From an uncultured Candidatus Saccharibacteria bacterium (GTDB taxonomy: Bacteria > Patescibacteriota > Minisyncoccia > Phycocordibacterales > UBA9973): a DNA stretch of 64,000 nt. This document shows positions 1-10,090 of this stretch, one piece after another. A program made the translations under genes and the position numbers. Positions within the stretch are counted from its first letter, which is position 1; every line of letters begins with the position of its first letter. Under the pieces are notes generated by a model. It had not been told where the DNA came from and did not search any database. It was given only the letters and a program-made list of their open reading frames with translations. The stretch is from contig CAZCXF010000001.1 of assembly GCA_964502615.1 (NCBI GenBank), positions 50,722-114,721 of the forward strand. Reading direction: 5' to 3'.

Positions 1-93
1 TATTGTGCCCAATTGGGTTGTTCAGTACAAAATACGAATTTTTGGAGCGACTTTTCAATTCGTAAAGATATGCAAAGATGGTAAAATTTGTTT

Positions 94-633
94 CTAAATA
101 AGTTTTAGAAACTCTTCTTCAGTTTCTTTGTCTATCTTGTCTGTTACTACTATCATCATCTCTGTTGTAAGACCGAGGTCTTTTTTTATATTTGTAAATA
201 GATTCTCGTATGGGTACATTGAAATCCAAACAGAATTTTTGATACACATAAATCCGGCTTTCTTAAGTAAATAGCGAAGAGCTTCGCGTTCACTTTTCCG
301 ATCTTCTGGAAGATCAAGTAGTATCATTCTCCAATAACCATCCCAATGTGTAGATACAAGGCTACCTTCAGCTTCAAGAGTTATGTTGTTTAATTTTTGT
401 TTACCTAAAGATGTTAAACGGAAATATTGACTATGTTCTGAGTTAAAAGTTTCAACTAGGCCATCTGAAATCATGTTTTTAATAGATCTGTTGATAGCAT
501 AGTCGGGATTTTTACCCTCATATTCGCGTAAAATAGCCTTCTCAGCGGCCTTTTTTACTATATCTACACTAACAGGCTTATTTTCAGAAAAAGCCTTCAA
601 AATAGCCTTTTTTATTGATGTCTTCTTAAACAT
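94..633 (-). CDS. PaaX-like winged-helix transcriptional regulator
   Basis: C-terminal region has the motif WDGYWRMILLDLPEDRKSEREALRYLLKKAGFMCIKNSVWISMYP, which resembles the PaaX C-terminal domain. The N-terminus is a wHTH-like basic region. Confidence 0.5.
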   Translation of the reverse strand: MFKKTSIKKAILKAFSENKPVSVDIVKKAAEKAILREYEGKNPDYAINRSIKNMISDGLVETFNSEHSQYFRLTSLGKQKLNNITLEAEGSLVSTHWDGYWRMILLDLPEDRKSEREALRYLLKKAGFMCIKNSVWISMYPYENLFTNIKKDLGLTTEMMIVVTDKIDKETEEEFLKLI

Positions 634-729
634 ATTGACATTATAACACCTATAAATATAATATCAACATATATTTAGTGACCGCTAAATACTTGTCAAA
701 ATAATATCGTGAGTATATAATGAAAACGT

Positions 730-1248
730 ATGAGGAGATTTTATATAACAGGAGTTTCTGGGACTGGTAAATCTAGCGTTATAGAGGAATTAAATAAAAA
801 AGGAATTTCTGCGATAGATATAGATAGTGTTCCGGATCTGTGCCATTGGATGAACAAAGAAACGAAAGAAAGAGCTAGCTGGCATCCAGGAATAGATGAT
901 GAATGGCACGAAGCACATGGTTGGATATGTGATAAAGATAGATTGATAGATTTGATGAATGAATCAAAAGACGTAGTAGTTGTTGCAGGTGTTGCTGCTA
1001 ATCAATACGAATTCCTAGATTTATTTGATTCAATTTTTATCCTTACTTGTAGCCCTGAAGTTTTTATTGAGCGTATTAATAAAAGAACAAACAATGACTA
1101 TGGTAAGCATGAAGTTGAACAAAAAAGAATTTTGAGTTGGCATGAGAGTTATAAAAAAGAGATGTTAGATCGAGGTGCTATACAAATAGATGCCGAAAAG
1201 CCACTCCATGATGTAGTAGATGAGATTATTAGAAATATTAAAAGTTAA
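730..1248 (+). CDS. P-loop NTPase / nucleotide-kinase-like (AAA_33-type)
   Basis: Walker A motif GVSGTGKSS at the N-terminus. The 172 aa size is typical of small nucleoside/nucleotide kinases. Confidence 0.55.
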   Translation: MRRFYITGVSGTGKSSVIEELNKKGISAIDIDSVPDLCHWMNKETKERASWHPGIDDEWHEAHGWICDKDRLIDLMNESKDVVVVAGVAANQYEFLDLFDSIFILTCSPEVFIERINKRTNNDYGKHEVEQKRILSWHESYKKEMLDRGAIQIDAEKPLHDVVDEIIRNIKS

Positions 1249-1262
1249 TTAAATAAAAATAT

Positions 1263-1529
1263 ATGATAGACCCACAAAAAGTAGATTTCAATCAGTTACC
1301 AAAGAAGTTCGCAGACGGTGCACTAGGTGCATATAGTAAGGGGGCAATAATGTTTGCTGTAACGTCCGGAAATACTTTGGATTCTTTTGCAACAACTCCA
1401 CAAGTAGCTAAAAGTATTGCAATATTCTTCAATCAGCAAATCGAAAAATATGAAAAAGACTATGGAGTTATAGATATGAATGTTCCGCCAATTCCTAGTC
1501 CAATGCAGTCGTCGGATTTAAATAAGTAA
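1263..1529 (+). CDS. hypothetical small protein
   Basis: 88-aa ORF between the kinase-like gene and dnaK. No recognisable motif. Confidence 0.3.
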   Translation: MIDPQKVDFNQLPKKFADGALGAYSKGAIMFAVTSGNTLDSFATTPQVAKSIAIFFNQQIEKYEKDYGVIDMNVPPIPSPMQSSDLNK

Positions 1530-1560
1530 ATTATTATTAATTAATTTTTTAAAAAATAAT

Positions 1561-3450
1561 ATGTCAAAAATAATAGGTATAGATTTAGGTACAACAAATA
1601 GTGCAGTAGCAATTATCGAAGGTGGTCAACCAAAGATCATTGAAAACGTTGAGGGTGCAAGAACAACACCATCAATAGTTGCCATTGGTAAAAATGGTGA
1701 TCGTTTGGTAGGTCTACTTGCGAAGCGTCAAGCTGTTACAAATCCACAAAATACAATCTATGGTATCAAGCGCTTCATGGGCCACATGTTTGAAGATCCT
1801 GAAATCCAGAAATCACAAAAAACAGCTCCATTTAAAATACAAAAAGGTAAAGATGGTGGAGTTGAAGTAAATATTGGTGACAAATGGAACCGTCCAGAAG
1901 AAATTTCTGCGATGATTCTTGCAAAAATAAAAGCAGATGTAGAAGCAAAACTAGGTGAGAAAATCACAGAGGCGATTATTACTGTACCTGCATATTTCAA
2001 TGATGCGCAGAGAAAAGCTACAAAAGATGCGGGTGCAATCGCAGGTCTTGATGTAAAACGTATTATCAATGAGCCGACAGCTGCAGCCCTTGCATATGGA
2101 TTCAATACTAAAAAAGATGAGAAGATTGTAGTGTATGACTTCGGAGGTGGAACCTTCGACGTATCAGTGCTTGAAGTTTCAAACGATGTTATCGAAGTTA
2201 AATCTACTGATGGTGACTCACACATGGGAGGTCGTGATATTGATCAGAAAATTATTTCTTGGATTGCAGATGAATTCAAGAAAAGTTCAGGTGTAGATAT
2301 TACTAAAGACCCACTTGCACTTCAGCGTCTAGATGAAGCAGCTGAAAAAGCAAAGATCGAGCTCTCAACTACCCCAGAAACTGAAATCAACATTCCATTT
2401 ATCACTTCAACAGACGCAGGTCCTCAGCACTTATTGATCAAAATGACTCGCGCAACACTTGAGAGTTTAGCTCAAGAATATATTGATCGTTCTATCGAGA
2501 TCACAAAGCGCGCAATGGAAGCATCACCATTTAAGATGAGTGAAATAAATGAAATCATAATGGTAGGAGGTCAAACTCGTATGCCTGCGATAGTTGAAGC
2601 AGTAAAGAAACTTTTCAATAAAGAACCAAACCGCTCAATCAATCCAGATGAAGTCGTAGCTCTTGGTGCAGCAGTACAAGCTGGAGTACTTCAAGGTGAT
2701 GTTAAGGATGTATTGCTTCTAGATGTTATTCCTCTATCTCTTGGAATTGAAACTCTTGGAGGAGTGGCTACAAAGCTTGTAGAGCGTAATACGACAATAC
2801 CTAGCTCAAAGAGCCAAGTATTCTCAACAGCTGCTGACAATCAGACATCTGTTGAAATCCATATTACTCAAGGTGAACGTCCAATGGCATCTGACAACAA
2901 ATCTCTTGGAAGATTTATCTTAGACGGAATTCCACCTGCTCCACGAGGTATGCCACAAATTGAAGTTACATTTGATGTGGATGCAAATGGAATCCTAAAT
3001 GTGAAAGCTAAAGATAAAGCGTCTGGTAAAGAGCAATCAATTCGTATCGAAGCATCATCTGGACTTACTGATGCTGATATAAAGAAAATGCAAGCAGATG
3101 CAGAAGCTCATGCTGAAGAAGATGCTAAAAAGAAAGCACTTGTAGATGAAAAAAATACTGCAGAAATGATGATATTCTCTGCAGAAAAATCTTTGAAAGA
3201 ATATGGCGACAAGATTGACGCATCACTTAAAACAAGTGTGGAAGAAAAGATTGCTGCTGTAAAAACAGCAAAAGATGGATCAGATATTGAAGCTATCAAA
3301 TCTGCACTCGAAGCTCTTACAACAGAAGTTTCAAAAATAGGTGAAGCTATGTCTAAACAAGGTGATGCAGGTGCAACAAACACAACAGCTGAACCACAAA
3401 GTGAAGAAATAAAGGATGCAGAAACAAAGGAGAATACAGATAATAAATAA
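1561..3450 (+). CDS. dnaK: molecular chaperone DnaK (Hsp70)
   Basis: [13 protein letters not shown] and [10 protein letters not shown] motifs. Full-length 629 aa Hsp70. Confidence 0.97.
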   Translation: MSKIIGIDLGTTNSAVAIIEGGQPKIIENVEGARTTPSIVAIGKNGDRLVGLLAKRQAVTNPQNTIYGIKRFMGHMFEDPEIQKSQKTAPFKIQKGKDGGVEVNIGDKWNRPEEISAMILAKIKADVEAKLGEKITEAIITVPAYFNDAQRKATKDAGAIAGLDVKRIINEPTAAALAYGFNTKKDEKIVVYDFGGGTFDVSVLEVSNDVIEVKSTDGDSHMGGRDIDQKIISWIADEFKKSSGVDITKDPLALQRLDEAAEKAKIELSTTPETEINIPFITSTDAGPQHLLIKMTRATLESLAQEYIDRSIEITKRAMEASPFKMSEINEIIMVGGQTRMPAIVEAVKKLFNKEPNRSINPDEVVALGAAVQAGVLQGDVKDVLLLDVIPLSLGIETLGGVATKLVERNTTIPSSKSQVFSTAADNQTSVEIHITQGERPMASDNKSLGRFILDGIPPAPRGMPQIEVTFDVDANGILNVKAKDKASGKEQSIRIEASSGLTDADIKKMQADAEAHAEEDAKKKALVDEKNTAEMMIFSAEKSLKEYGDKIDASLKTSVEEKIAAVKTAKDGSDIEAIKSALEALTTEVSKIGEAMSKQGDAGATNTTAEPQSEEIKDAETKENTDNK

Positions 3451-3470
3451 AATTATGATAATATAATTTT

Positions 3471-4556
3471 ATGGCAAAAGATTACTACGAAACATTAGGA
3501 GTATCAAAAAATGCTTCTAAAGATGAAATAAAAAAAGCCTTCCACAAGATGGCGCATAAATACCACCCAGATAAAAATAAGGGTGATGATTCGAAGTTCA
3601 AGGAAGTGAACCAAGCCTATCAAACACTCTCAGACGACCAAAAACGGGCTCAATACGATCGTTTTGGAGCAGATGGACCTCAGGGATTCAATCCTGGAGC
3701 GGGAGGTGGATTTGGAGGTTTCGATTTCTCAGGGTTCCAAAATGGAAACGGAGTAGAATTTGATATGGGAGATCTTGGAGATATATTTGGAGATTTCTTT
3801 GGAGGTGGAATGGGTCGCGGTGGAAGCAAGGCTCGCAGAGGAAGAGATATTTCAACAGAAATAGATCTATCATTTGAAGATTCAATCTTCGGAGTTACTC
3901 GCACCATTTTACTTTCTAAGCAATCCATCTGTGATATCTGTAAAGGTTCAGGTGGAAAACCTGGGACAAAGATGGACACTTGTAAGACTTGTAACGGCAA
4001 CGGACAAATTCGCGAAATGAAGCGCTCAATACTTGGAACATTTCAAACAACCAAAACTTGTGATACTTGTCATGGTCAAGGAAAAATTCCAAGTGAAAAA
4101 TGTACTGAGTGTAATGGCAAAGGTGTTCGCAATAAACAGGAAGAAATCGAACTCAAAATTCCAGCAGGTATAAATGCAGGTGAGATGCTCCGAATGACAG
4201 GCGCGGGTGAGGCTATTCAAGGAGGACAGGCTGGAGATCTATATATCAAAGTAAATGTTAAATCTCATCCATTGTTTAAGCGTGATGGGCTAAATCTAAA
4301 TCTAGATATAAAGATAAATCTAAGTGATGCATTACTTGGAATGAATTACAATCTAAAAACTCTTGAGGGCAACACTCTTGAAGTCAAAATCCCAGAGGGG
4401 ATAAATCATGGAGAATTGCTAAGAGTAAAAGGTAAGGGCGTACCATCTAGTCGTGGACGTGGAGATATTATTATCCGAGTACTTATCAAGATGCCAACCA
4501 AGCTTTCTAAAAAATCTAAAGAATTAATCGAGAAATTAAAACAAGAGGGAATATAA
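3471..4556 (+). CDS. dnaJ: co-chaperone DnaJ
   Basis: J-domain with HPD (KYHPDKN), a G/F-rich linker and four CxxCxGxG zinc-finger repeats. It follows dnaK. Confidence 0.95.
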   Translation: MAKDYYETLGVSKNASKDEIKKAFHKMAHKYHPDKNKGDDSKFKEVNQAYQTLSDDQKRAQYDRFGADGPQGFNPGAGGGFGGFDFSGFQNGNGVEFDMGDLGDIFGDFFGGGMGRGGSKARRGRDISTEIDLSFEDSIFGVTRTILLSKQSICDICKGSGGKPGTKMDTCKTCNGNGQIREMKRSILGTFQTTKTCDTCHGQGKIPSEKCTECNGKGVRNKQEEIELKIPAGINAGEMLRMTGAGEAIQGGQAGDLYIKVNVKSHPLFKRDGLNLNLDIKINLSDALLGMNYNLKTLEGNTLEVKIPEGINHGELLRVKGKGVPSSRGRGDIIIRVLIKMPTKLSKKSKELIEKLKQEGI

Positions 4557-4564
4557 GTTTCCAC

Positions 4565-4592
4565 GAAAACACCCTATCGGGTGTTTTCTGTT
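4565..4592 (+). terminator. hairpin after dnaJ (gaaaacaccc/gggtgttttc)
   Basis: Inverted repeat with a weak T-tract immediately after the dnaJ stop. Confidence 0.5.
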
Positions 4593-4603
4593 GATAAAGT
4601 ATT

Positions 4604-5257
4604 GTGTTATTTTCTGTAGGTGATACTATTCATCTTAAATTTCTAACCCATTATCTAATCATTAAATTCTTTGAAATGGCCAAAAAAATATGCCCCGATT
4701 CTATCAGATATCGTCTGGTAACTGATTTTACAAAAGAAAGCATTACAGACCATCTAATAACTTGGTCGGATGCAATACGTAGTAATAGTCAGCATATGAA
4801 ACCCGAAACACCTGAATCATTGCGTAATAACCTAATTTTCGCTGTACTTGCTTTCCATAATGGAATCTTAGTTGGCGCTGGTGGAATTATGTATCCACCT
4901 GAAAAAAAATTATTTTATAACAAACGCAAAGTTGTGGAGTTTCGTTCAGTGTATCATGATCCAAACTACAAGAAATGTGGAATTGCTACCGGCTTGGTTT
5001 TAAGAAGGCTAAAATTCGTTAAGGATAAAAAATTCTTTCCGATAACTCTGACACAGCAACCCGATATGGAACCTATACTTAGGAAAACTGGTTGGGTTTT
5101 AATAGAGGAGCTATTTAGCAAGAAATTAGTCCCTATAAAAAACGGATTGAGAGCCTGCGACTGCCATAGCAACAAAAGACTGCCTTTTGTAGGGGATAGG
5201 TGTTCAGTATGCCCAATGAGAAACAGATTCATATGGATCCATCCTGAATCACTCTAA
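4604..5257 (+). CDS. hypothetical protein, possibly GNAT-family acetyltransferase
   Basis: Central segment VVEFRSVYHDPNYKKCGIATGLVLRRL resembles GNAT motif A. An alternative start is at 4676 (MAKKICPD). The gene sits just upstream of the polyamine genes. Confidence 0.35.
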   Translation: MLFSVGDTIHLKFLTHYLIIKFFEMAKKICPDSIRYRLVTDFTKESITDHLITWSDAIRSNSQHMKPETPESLRNNLIFAVLAFHNGILVGAGGIMYPPEKKLFYNKRKVVEFRSVYHDPNYKKCGIATGLVLRRLKFVKDKKFFPITLTQQPDMEPILRKTGWVLIEELFSKKLVPIKNGLRACDCHSNKRLPFVGDRCSVCPMRNRFIWIHPESL

Positions 5258-5263
5258 GGTTTT

Positions 5264-5311
5264 GCCCAGACATTCACATATTTTATTATTGTGAATGTCT
5301 GGGCTTTTTTA
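5264..5311 (+). terminator. rho-independent terminator
   Basis: 15-bp perfect inverted repeat gcccagacattcaca/tgtgaatgtctgggc followed by a TTTTTT run. Confidence 0.75.
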
Positions 5312-5399
5312 TTAAAAGCTATTTACATATCTCTCTAATCTGCTATTATATTCATATTATTATTTTATTACAGACGCGAGATTCGTCTGGTAAAAAGAA

Positions 5400-6779
5400 A
5401 TGACTAAACGTTCTGTTGCTTCAAAGAAGCTCTGGAAAATTGGTGCCAAAGATTTTAATACTCAATATTTCGATTTCAATAAAGACGGTGACCTAATTAT
5501 TAAAGAAGGTCACAATATTTATAATGTACGATACTTAGCAGATAAGATGGGTACTTCTCTTGAAATACTAATGCCTTTTGTTATTGAAGAGAGACTTGAA
5601 GATCTACTAGATACAGCCCAAGCACTTTCCAAGAAAACTGGATACAAGGGTAAATTTATTTACCATTTTCCAATGAAGGTAAATCAGAATAAAGAGGCCA
5701 TAATGTCTATTGTTGGCGAAGGGGCTCACCTTGAGACTTCCTCATACAATGATCTTTATTTGATAAAAAAGATGCTAGAGCAAGAGTCTTTTAACCCAAA
5801 CATTCGCATACTTTGTAATGGTCCAAAAACTGATAAATACATGAATCTTATCGACGAGCTTCAACACAAAGGAACAAAAATTTTCCCAATTATTGAAGGT
5901 CCAAATGAGTTAAAGCTTCTTCAATATTCAAAATACGATGTAGGTATCCGCCTCGACATGCCAATCAAGGCAGACTCATACTGGAACAAACCAATCGATC
6001 GCTTCGGATTTTCTTCTAAAGAAATTCTAAATATGGGTAAATTTAAGAATCTAAAAATTCTTCATTACCATATTGGTTCTCAAATTGAGAAACTCTCTGA
6101 CGTGATTGTGCCTATAAAATATGCTCTTGATGTTTACTTTAAATTAAAAGAAAAAAATCCATCACTAGATACTCTTGATATTGGTGGAGGAATGCCAATA
6201 CCTTATGAGAGAACAAAAAGTTACCCAGTAGACAAACTTCTTGAAAAAATATTCGAAGTAGTTAAAAAAGAATCAGAGAAGCGTGAAATGCCACATCCAA
6301 ATATTGTCTGTGAATGGGGTCGCTACATTGCTGCACCGGCACAAATAAATATTTATAAAATCATAGATACAAAGAAAATTCATAGCAAAAAAGCTGATGC
6401 TAAGAAATGGTATGTGCTCGACGGTAGTTTTATGAATGATCTTTGTGATACTTGGGCTATAAAACAAAATTGGGCGATTGTTCCTGTAAACAGTAGTAAT
6501 GATAAAAATCTTACAGACGTTTGGCTTGCAGGATCAACTTGTGATTCAGACGATGTTTACAATGGGGTAAATGGTTCTATAACACTTCCTGATTATGAGA
6601 TGGATGAAGGTCATCCAATGTATATAGCAGTATTAGACACAGGAGCTTATGAAGACGCGCTGGTTATGCATCATTGCTTGCTTTCTTCGCCTCTTAAAAT
6701 AATCGTTGAGAACGGTCACGTTGTTATTGCTCGCAAAAGAGAAACCCCTGAAGAAGTTGGTAAAATGTTCGGTTGGTAA
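5400..6779 (+). CDS. PLP-dependent fold-III decarboxylase, SpeA-like arginine decarboxylase
   Basis: FPMKVNQ (PLP-lysine region, matches SpeA YPIKVNQ). A GGG loop and a C-terminal CDSDD-like segment typical of Orn/Arg/DAP decarboxylases. Neighbouring agmatinase supports an ADC assignment. Confidence 0.7.
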   Translation: MTKRSVASKKLWKIGAKDFNTQYFDFNKDGDLIIKEGHNIYNVRYLADKMGTSLEILMPFVIEERLEDLLDTAQALSKKTGYKGKFIYHFPMKVNQNKEAIMSIVGEGAHLETSSYNDLYLIKKMLEQESFNPNIRILCNGPKTDKYMNLIDELQHKGTKIFPIIEGPNELKLLQYSKYDVGIRLDMPIKADSYWNKPIDRFGFSSKEILNMGKFKNLKILHYHIGSQIEKLSDVIVPIKYALDVYFKLKEKNPSLDTLDIGGGMPIPYERTKSYPVDKLLEKIFEVVKKESEKREMPHPNIVCEWGRYIAAPAQINIYKIIDTKKIHSKKADAKKWYVLDGSFMNDLCDTWAIKQNWAIVPVNSSNDKNLTDVWLAGSTCDSDDVYNGVNGSITLPDYEMDEGHPMYIAVLDTGAYEDALVMHHCLLSSPLKIIVENGHVVIARKRETPEEVGKMFGW

Positions 6780-6801
6780 TTATAAGTTAATAAAAAATCA
6801 T

Positions 6802-7821
6802 ATGAATAACAATCTTCCTACATTAGAATTCATTCTAAAAAATTATAAGAACTTCAATGCTCGTGCTACTCGCGACGCTTTAATTGCGTATTGGAGGCAT
6901 ACAGAGAAAGGTGGCAAGATGTTCTGGGCTCTTGCTGGAGCTATGTCTTCAGCACAGTTAGGTATAGTTCTTGCTCCTGCCATTCGTGCTGGACTTATCT
7001 CTGGTATTTCTTCGACTGGTGCAAATATTGAAGAATCACTTTTCCGTCTTGTTGCACATAACTCCTATAAAGATTTCCCAGATTACAGATATTTTACAAA
7101 AGAAGATGACACAAAGATTCTTGAAGACAGAATGCGTCGCGTGACCGATACAAGCATCCCAGAAGACGAAGCATTTAGAGCAGTTGAAAAGCACATTGTT
7201 CCGACATGGAAAGAAGCAACTGAAAAAGGGACACGAATGTTTTGGCATGAATATTTCTATGATCTAATTAAAAAAATAGATAAAGAAGCACACGAAGGGA
7301 AAGCTGAAGAATGTTGGCTTCTCGCAGCAGCTGAGAATAATATCCCAATCGTTGTTCCAGGATATGAAGACTCAACATTCGGTAATATTTTTGCATCTCA
7401 TGTGAAAACTGGTGAATGCAGTGCAAGTATTGTGAAATCTGGTATTGAATATATGGCAACTTGGTATGATCAATATAAAAAACTCTCTGAAGGGGAAGGA
7501 GTGGGATTCTTCCAAATTGGTGGAGGCATAGCAGGGGATTTCCCAATTTGCGTAGTTCCATCTATCAAGTATGACCTTGGTGAAGAAGTAAAACCTTGGG
7601 CTTACTTCTGTCAGATTTCTGACTCTACAACTTCATACGGCTCATATTCAGGTGCTACTCCAAATGAAAAAATCACTTGGGATAAACTCACTAAAGATAC
7701 TCCAATGTTTGTCATTGAATCTGATGCGACAATTGTTGCCCCGCTTATGCTTACAGCGCTCCTTGAAATGAAAGCAAATCCAAAAGAAGCAAATGCTATA
7801 ATAGAAAAATATTCATATTAA
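6802..7821 (+). CDS. deoxyhypusine synthase-like protein (probable homospermidine synthase)
   Basis: DHS-family signature: TAG..GGI.EDL-like region (SSTGANIEESL), QIGGGIAGDFP, and a C-terminus YFCQISDSTTSYGSYSGATPNEKITWDKL that parallels DHS [26 protein letters not shown]. The start was chosen at the Met after the upstream stop (the ORF-track start at 6706 overlaps the previous gene). Confidence 0.8.
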   Translation: MNNNLPTLEFILKNYKNFNARATRDALIAYWRHTEKGGKMFWALAGAMSSAQLGIVLAPAIRAGLISGISSTGANIEESLFRLVAHNSYKDFPDYRYFTKEDDTKILEDRMRRVTDTSIPEDEAFRAVEKHIVPTWKEATEKGTRMFWHEYFYDLIKKIDKEAHEGKAEECWLLAAAENNIPIVVPGYEDSTFGNIFASHVKTGECSASIVKSGIEYMATWYDQYKKLSEGEGVGFFQIGGGIAGDFPICVVPSIKYDLGEEVKPWAYFCQISDSTTSYGSYSGATPNEKITWDKLTKDTPMFVIESDATIVAPLMLTALLEMKANPKEANAIIEKYSY

Positions 7822-7824
7822 TAT

Positions 7825-8013
7825 ATGAAACTTGTTTTTAAAATTATATTTTTCCTTGCATTAACCTATGTTTTTTTCTGGATTATAAATTTTCTAATTT
7901 TTGGTAATAGTCCAATTATTGAGTTTCCACAGATATGTGATGGTCTTAATGTTGGCTACCAATCCTGTGCTCAATATAAGTTTGATAAAATATTACATTT
8001 CAATTTTTTCTAA
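7825..8013 (+). CDS. hypothetical small hydrophobic protein
   Basis: 62-aa ORF. May be spurious. Confidence 0.2.
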   Translation: MKLVFKIIFFLALTYVFFWIINFLIFGNSPIIEFPQICDGLNVGYQSCAQYKFDKILHFNFF

Positions 8014-8017
8014 AAAT

Positions 8018-8047
8018 TAAAATCCCCTATAACGTAGGGGATTTTAA
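8018..8047. terminator. bidirectional hairpin (aaatcccctat/taggggattt)
   Basis: Inverted repeat lying between the convergent DHS-like gene and the agmatinase gene. Confidence 0.6.
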
Positions 8048-8953
8048 TTACTTTAATCTATCTTTAAATTTATTTGCAATAATACTGTAACAAAGTTGCG
8101 CTGCGCCGTATTCGGTCAGAACTGAATCTTTCATAGGGGAGACTTCTACAATATCTGCACCAATAAGATTTTTTTCTTTTACAAGACGAGTTATCAGTTC
8201 CATACCATACCACCATTCAAGTCCGCCTTGCACAGGTGTACCAGTTCCAGGCATATGCGCAGGGTCAAATCCATCAACATCAATAGTTAAATAGACATTT
8301 TTAGTAGTTACTGAGGCAAGTATCTCGTCAATGCTTGGAACTTTATTTCCATTGCCCCATTCAAATACTTTTATATTATTCTTAGGATCAGAGAAATAAT
8401 TATACTCATCAATTGAATATGTACGAATTCCAACTTGAACTAATTTGTAGCCGAGCTCATTACCTCTATGAAGGACACATGAGTGAGCGTATTTTGATGG
8501 GTGAGTGTTATAATCGCCGTCGTTGTCTCGTAGGTCACAGTGGGCGTCGATGTGAAGTATAGTGGTATCTTTAGGATCTACATGCTTCGCAAGAGCTTGG
8601 AATAATCCAAGTGATACTGAATGTTCTCCACCCAATAGAAATACAAATTTACCATCGTTTACTAATTTTTCACATTCCGCTGTGATTTTATTTAGAGCTT
8701 TTTCAGGAGTTAACTTATTTATATTGCCTAAATCTTTTTGAGCAATTTTAACAAAATCATTAACTTCTTTTTTATATGTTCTGTCAAAAAATTCTAACTT
8801 ATTATCTAAGCATTTAAGTATAGCCTTAGGCCCATTTATTGTACCCTTACGGCTAGATGCTGTTTTTTCATATGGAGCAGATACTATTACGACATCTGCT
8901 TTTTCTATATTTTTTTCATTTAAAATTGAATTCATATAAAAACTATAATACAA
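8048..8953 (-). CDS. speB: agmatinase (arginase/ureohydrolase family)
   Basis: Mn-binding motifs HIDAHCDL, DVDGFDP and SGGLEWW of the arginase/agmatinase fold. Confidence 0.85.
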   Translation of the reverse strand: MYYSFYMNSILNEKNIEKADVVIVSAPYEKTASSRKGTINGPKAILKCLDNKLEFFDRTYKKEVNDFVKIAQKDLGNINKLTPEKALNKITAECEKLVNDGKFVFLLGGEHSVSLGLFQALAKHVDPKDTTILHIDAHCDLRDNDGDYNTHPSKYAHSCVLHRGNELGYKLVQVGIRTYSIDEYNYFSDPKNNIKVFEWGNGNKVPSIDEILASVTTKNVYLTIDVDGFDPAHMPGTGTPVQGGLEWWYGMELITRLVKEKNLIGADIVEVSPMKDSVLTEYGAAQLCYSIIANKFKDRLK

Positions 8954-9151
8954 GAATAAGTCGCCTAATGCAATAAAATTATGGCCATGTTACAATATAC
9001 TCATATGGATAGGAAATCCTCAATAATGCTTTTTTTGTTAGTCATTGCAACAATGATATCAATCTATTTTTTGTACCAAAGATCTTACGTTACAAAAGAT
9101 TTTGAAATAATTAATGATAATCTAGATATAGATCAAAGTAACTCTTAATAT

Positions 9152-10087
9152 ATGCATAATAACTGGTTTTTTATAGCTTTAATACCGCCTATTCTCTGGA
9201 GTATTGTTAACCACATAGATAAATATTTACTATCAAAATATTTTAAAGGCAATGGAATTGGTAGTATATTTTTGTTCTCATCACTTTTTTCAATAGTTGT
9301 ATTGCCTTGCATCATAATATTTTCCCCAATATCTTTTTTAGGTATTTCTTTCGGTAAGGCAATTTTCTTATTAATTGTTGGAGTTATAAATGCTCTAGCA
9401 TTTTATTTGTATCTAAAAGCATTGAATGAAGAAGAGACATCTGTTGTTATTCCTCTTTTACAAATGATTCCAGTTTTCGGATACTTCCTAGCATATCCAA
9501 TCTTAGGTGAAGTACTATCTACACAACAAGTTCTGTTTGCTATGGTAGTGTTGCTTGGAATATCAATACTTTCACTTGATTTTGACCTAGATAATCGTAG
9601 AGTTTCAGTGCGTAAAAAAGTTTTATTGTTGGTATTTGCATCCTCATTCCTTTTTGCTCTTCATGATGTCCTCTTCAAAAAAGTAACAAATGAAAGTAGT
9701 TTTTTTGTTTCAGCATTTTGGCAACATGCTGGACTTACTGCTACCGGTATCTTCATGTTTGTTTTTCATAAAAAATACAGACATCAATTTTTGGAGACAT
9801 TTAAAATTAATAAAACCAGAGGTATATCTTTAAATATTATTTCAGAACTTCTTTATATTCTCGGTAATTTAGCTAATAGTTTTGCAACACTTCTTGCTCC
9901 AGTTGCGTTAGTGTTAGTAGTAAGTAGCTATCAACCTTTATTTGTATTTATACTCGGTATATTAATTAGTATTTTATTGCCAAGTGTAAGTACTGAAAAG
10001 ATGGCATTAAAACACTTAATCCAGAAAATATTATCAATAATTATTATAATAATTGGAAGTTACTTCCTATATTCATCATCAAATTAA
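9152..10087 (+). CDS. EamA/DMT-family membrane transporter
   Basis: About 10 predicted TM helices and a two-repeat architecture typical of EamA. Confidence 0.6.
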   Translation: MHNNWFFIALIPPILWSIVNHIDKYLLSKYFKGNGIGSIFLFSSLFSIVVLPCIIIFSPISFLGISFGKAIFLLIVGVINALAFYLYLKALNEEETSVVIPLLQMIPVFGYFLAYPILGEVLSTQQVLFAMVVLLGISILSLDFDLDNRRVSVRKKVLLLVFASSFLFALHDVLFKKVTNESSFFVSAFWQHAGLTATGIFMFVFHKKYRHQFLETFKINKTRGISLNIISELLYILGNLANSFATLLAPVALVLVVSSYQPLFVFILGILISILLPSVSTEKMALKHLIQKILSIIIIIIGSYFLYSSSN

Positions 10088-10090
10088 TAT

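Noticed and set aside
1758-2225. 155-aa ORF antisense to dnaK
   Set aside because: It lies entirely inside the strongly supported dnaK coding region on the opposite strand and has a low-complexity composition. It is a typical shadow ORF.
9026-9148. 40-aa hydrophobic ORF (MLFLLVIATMISIYFLYQRS...) upstream of the EamA transporter
   Set aside because: It is possible as a leader peptide, but it has no support beyond an open frame in AT-rich DNA.
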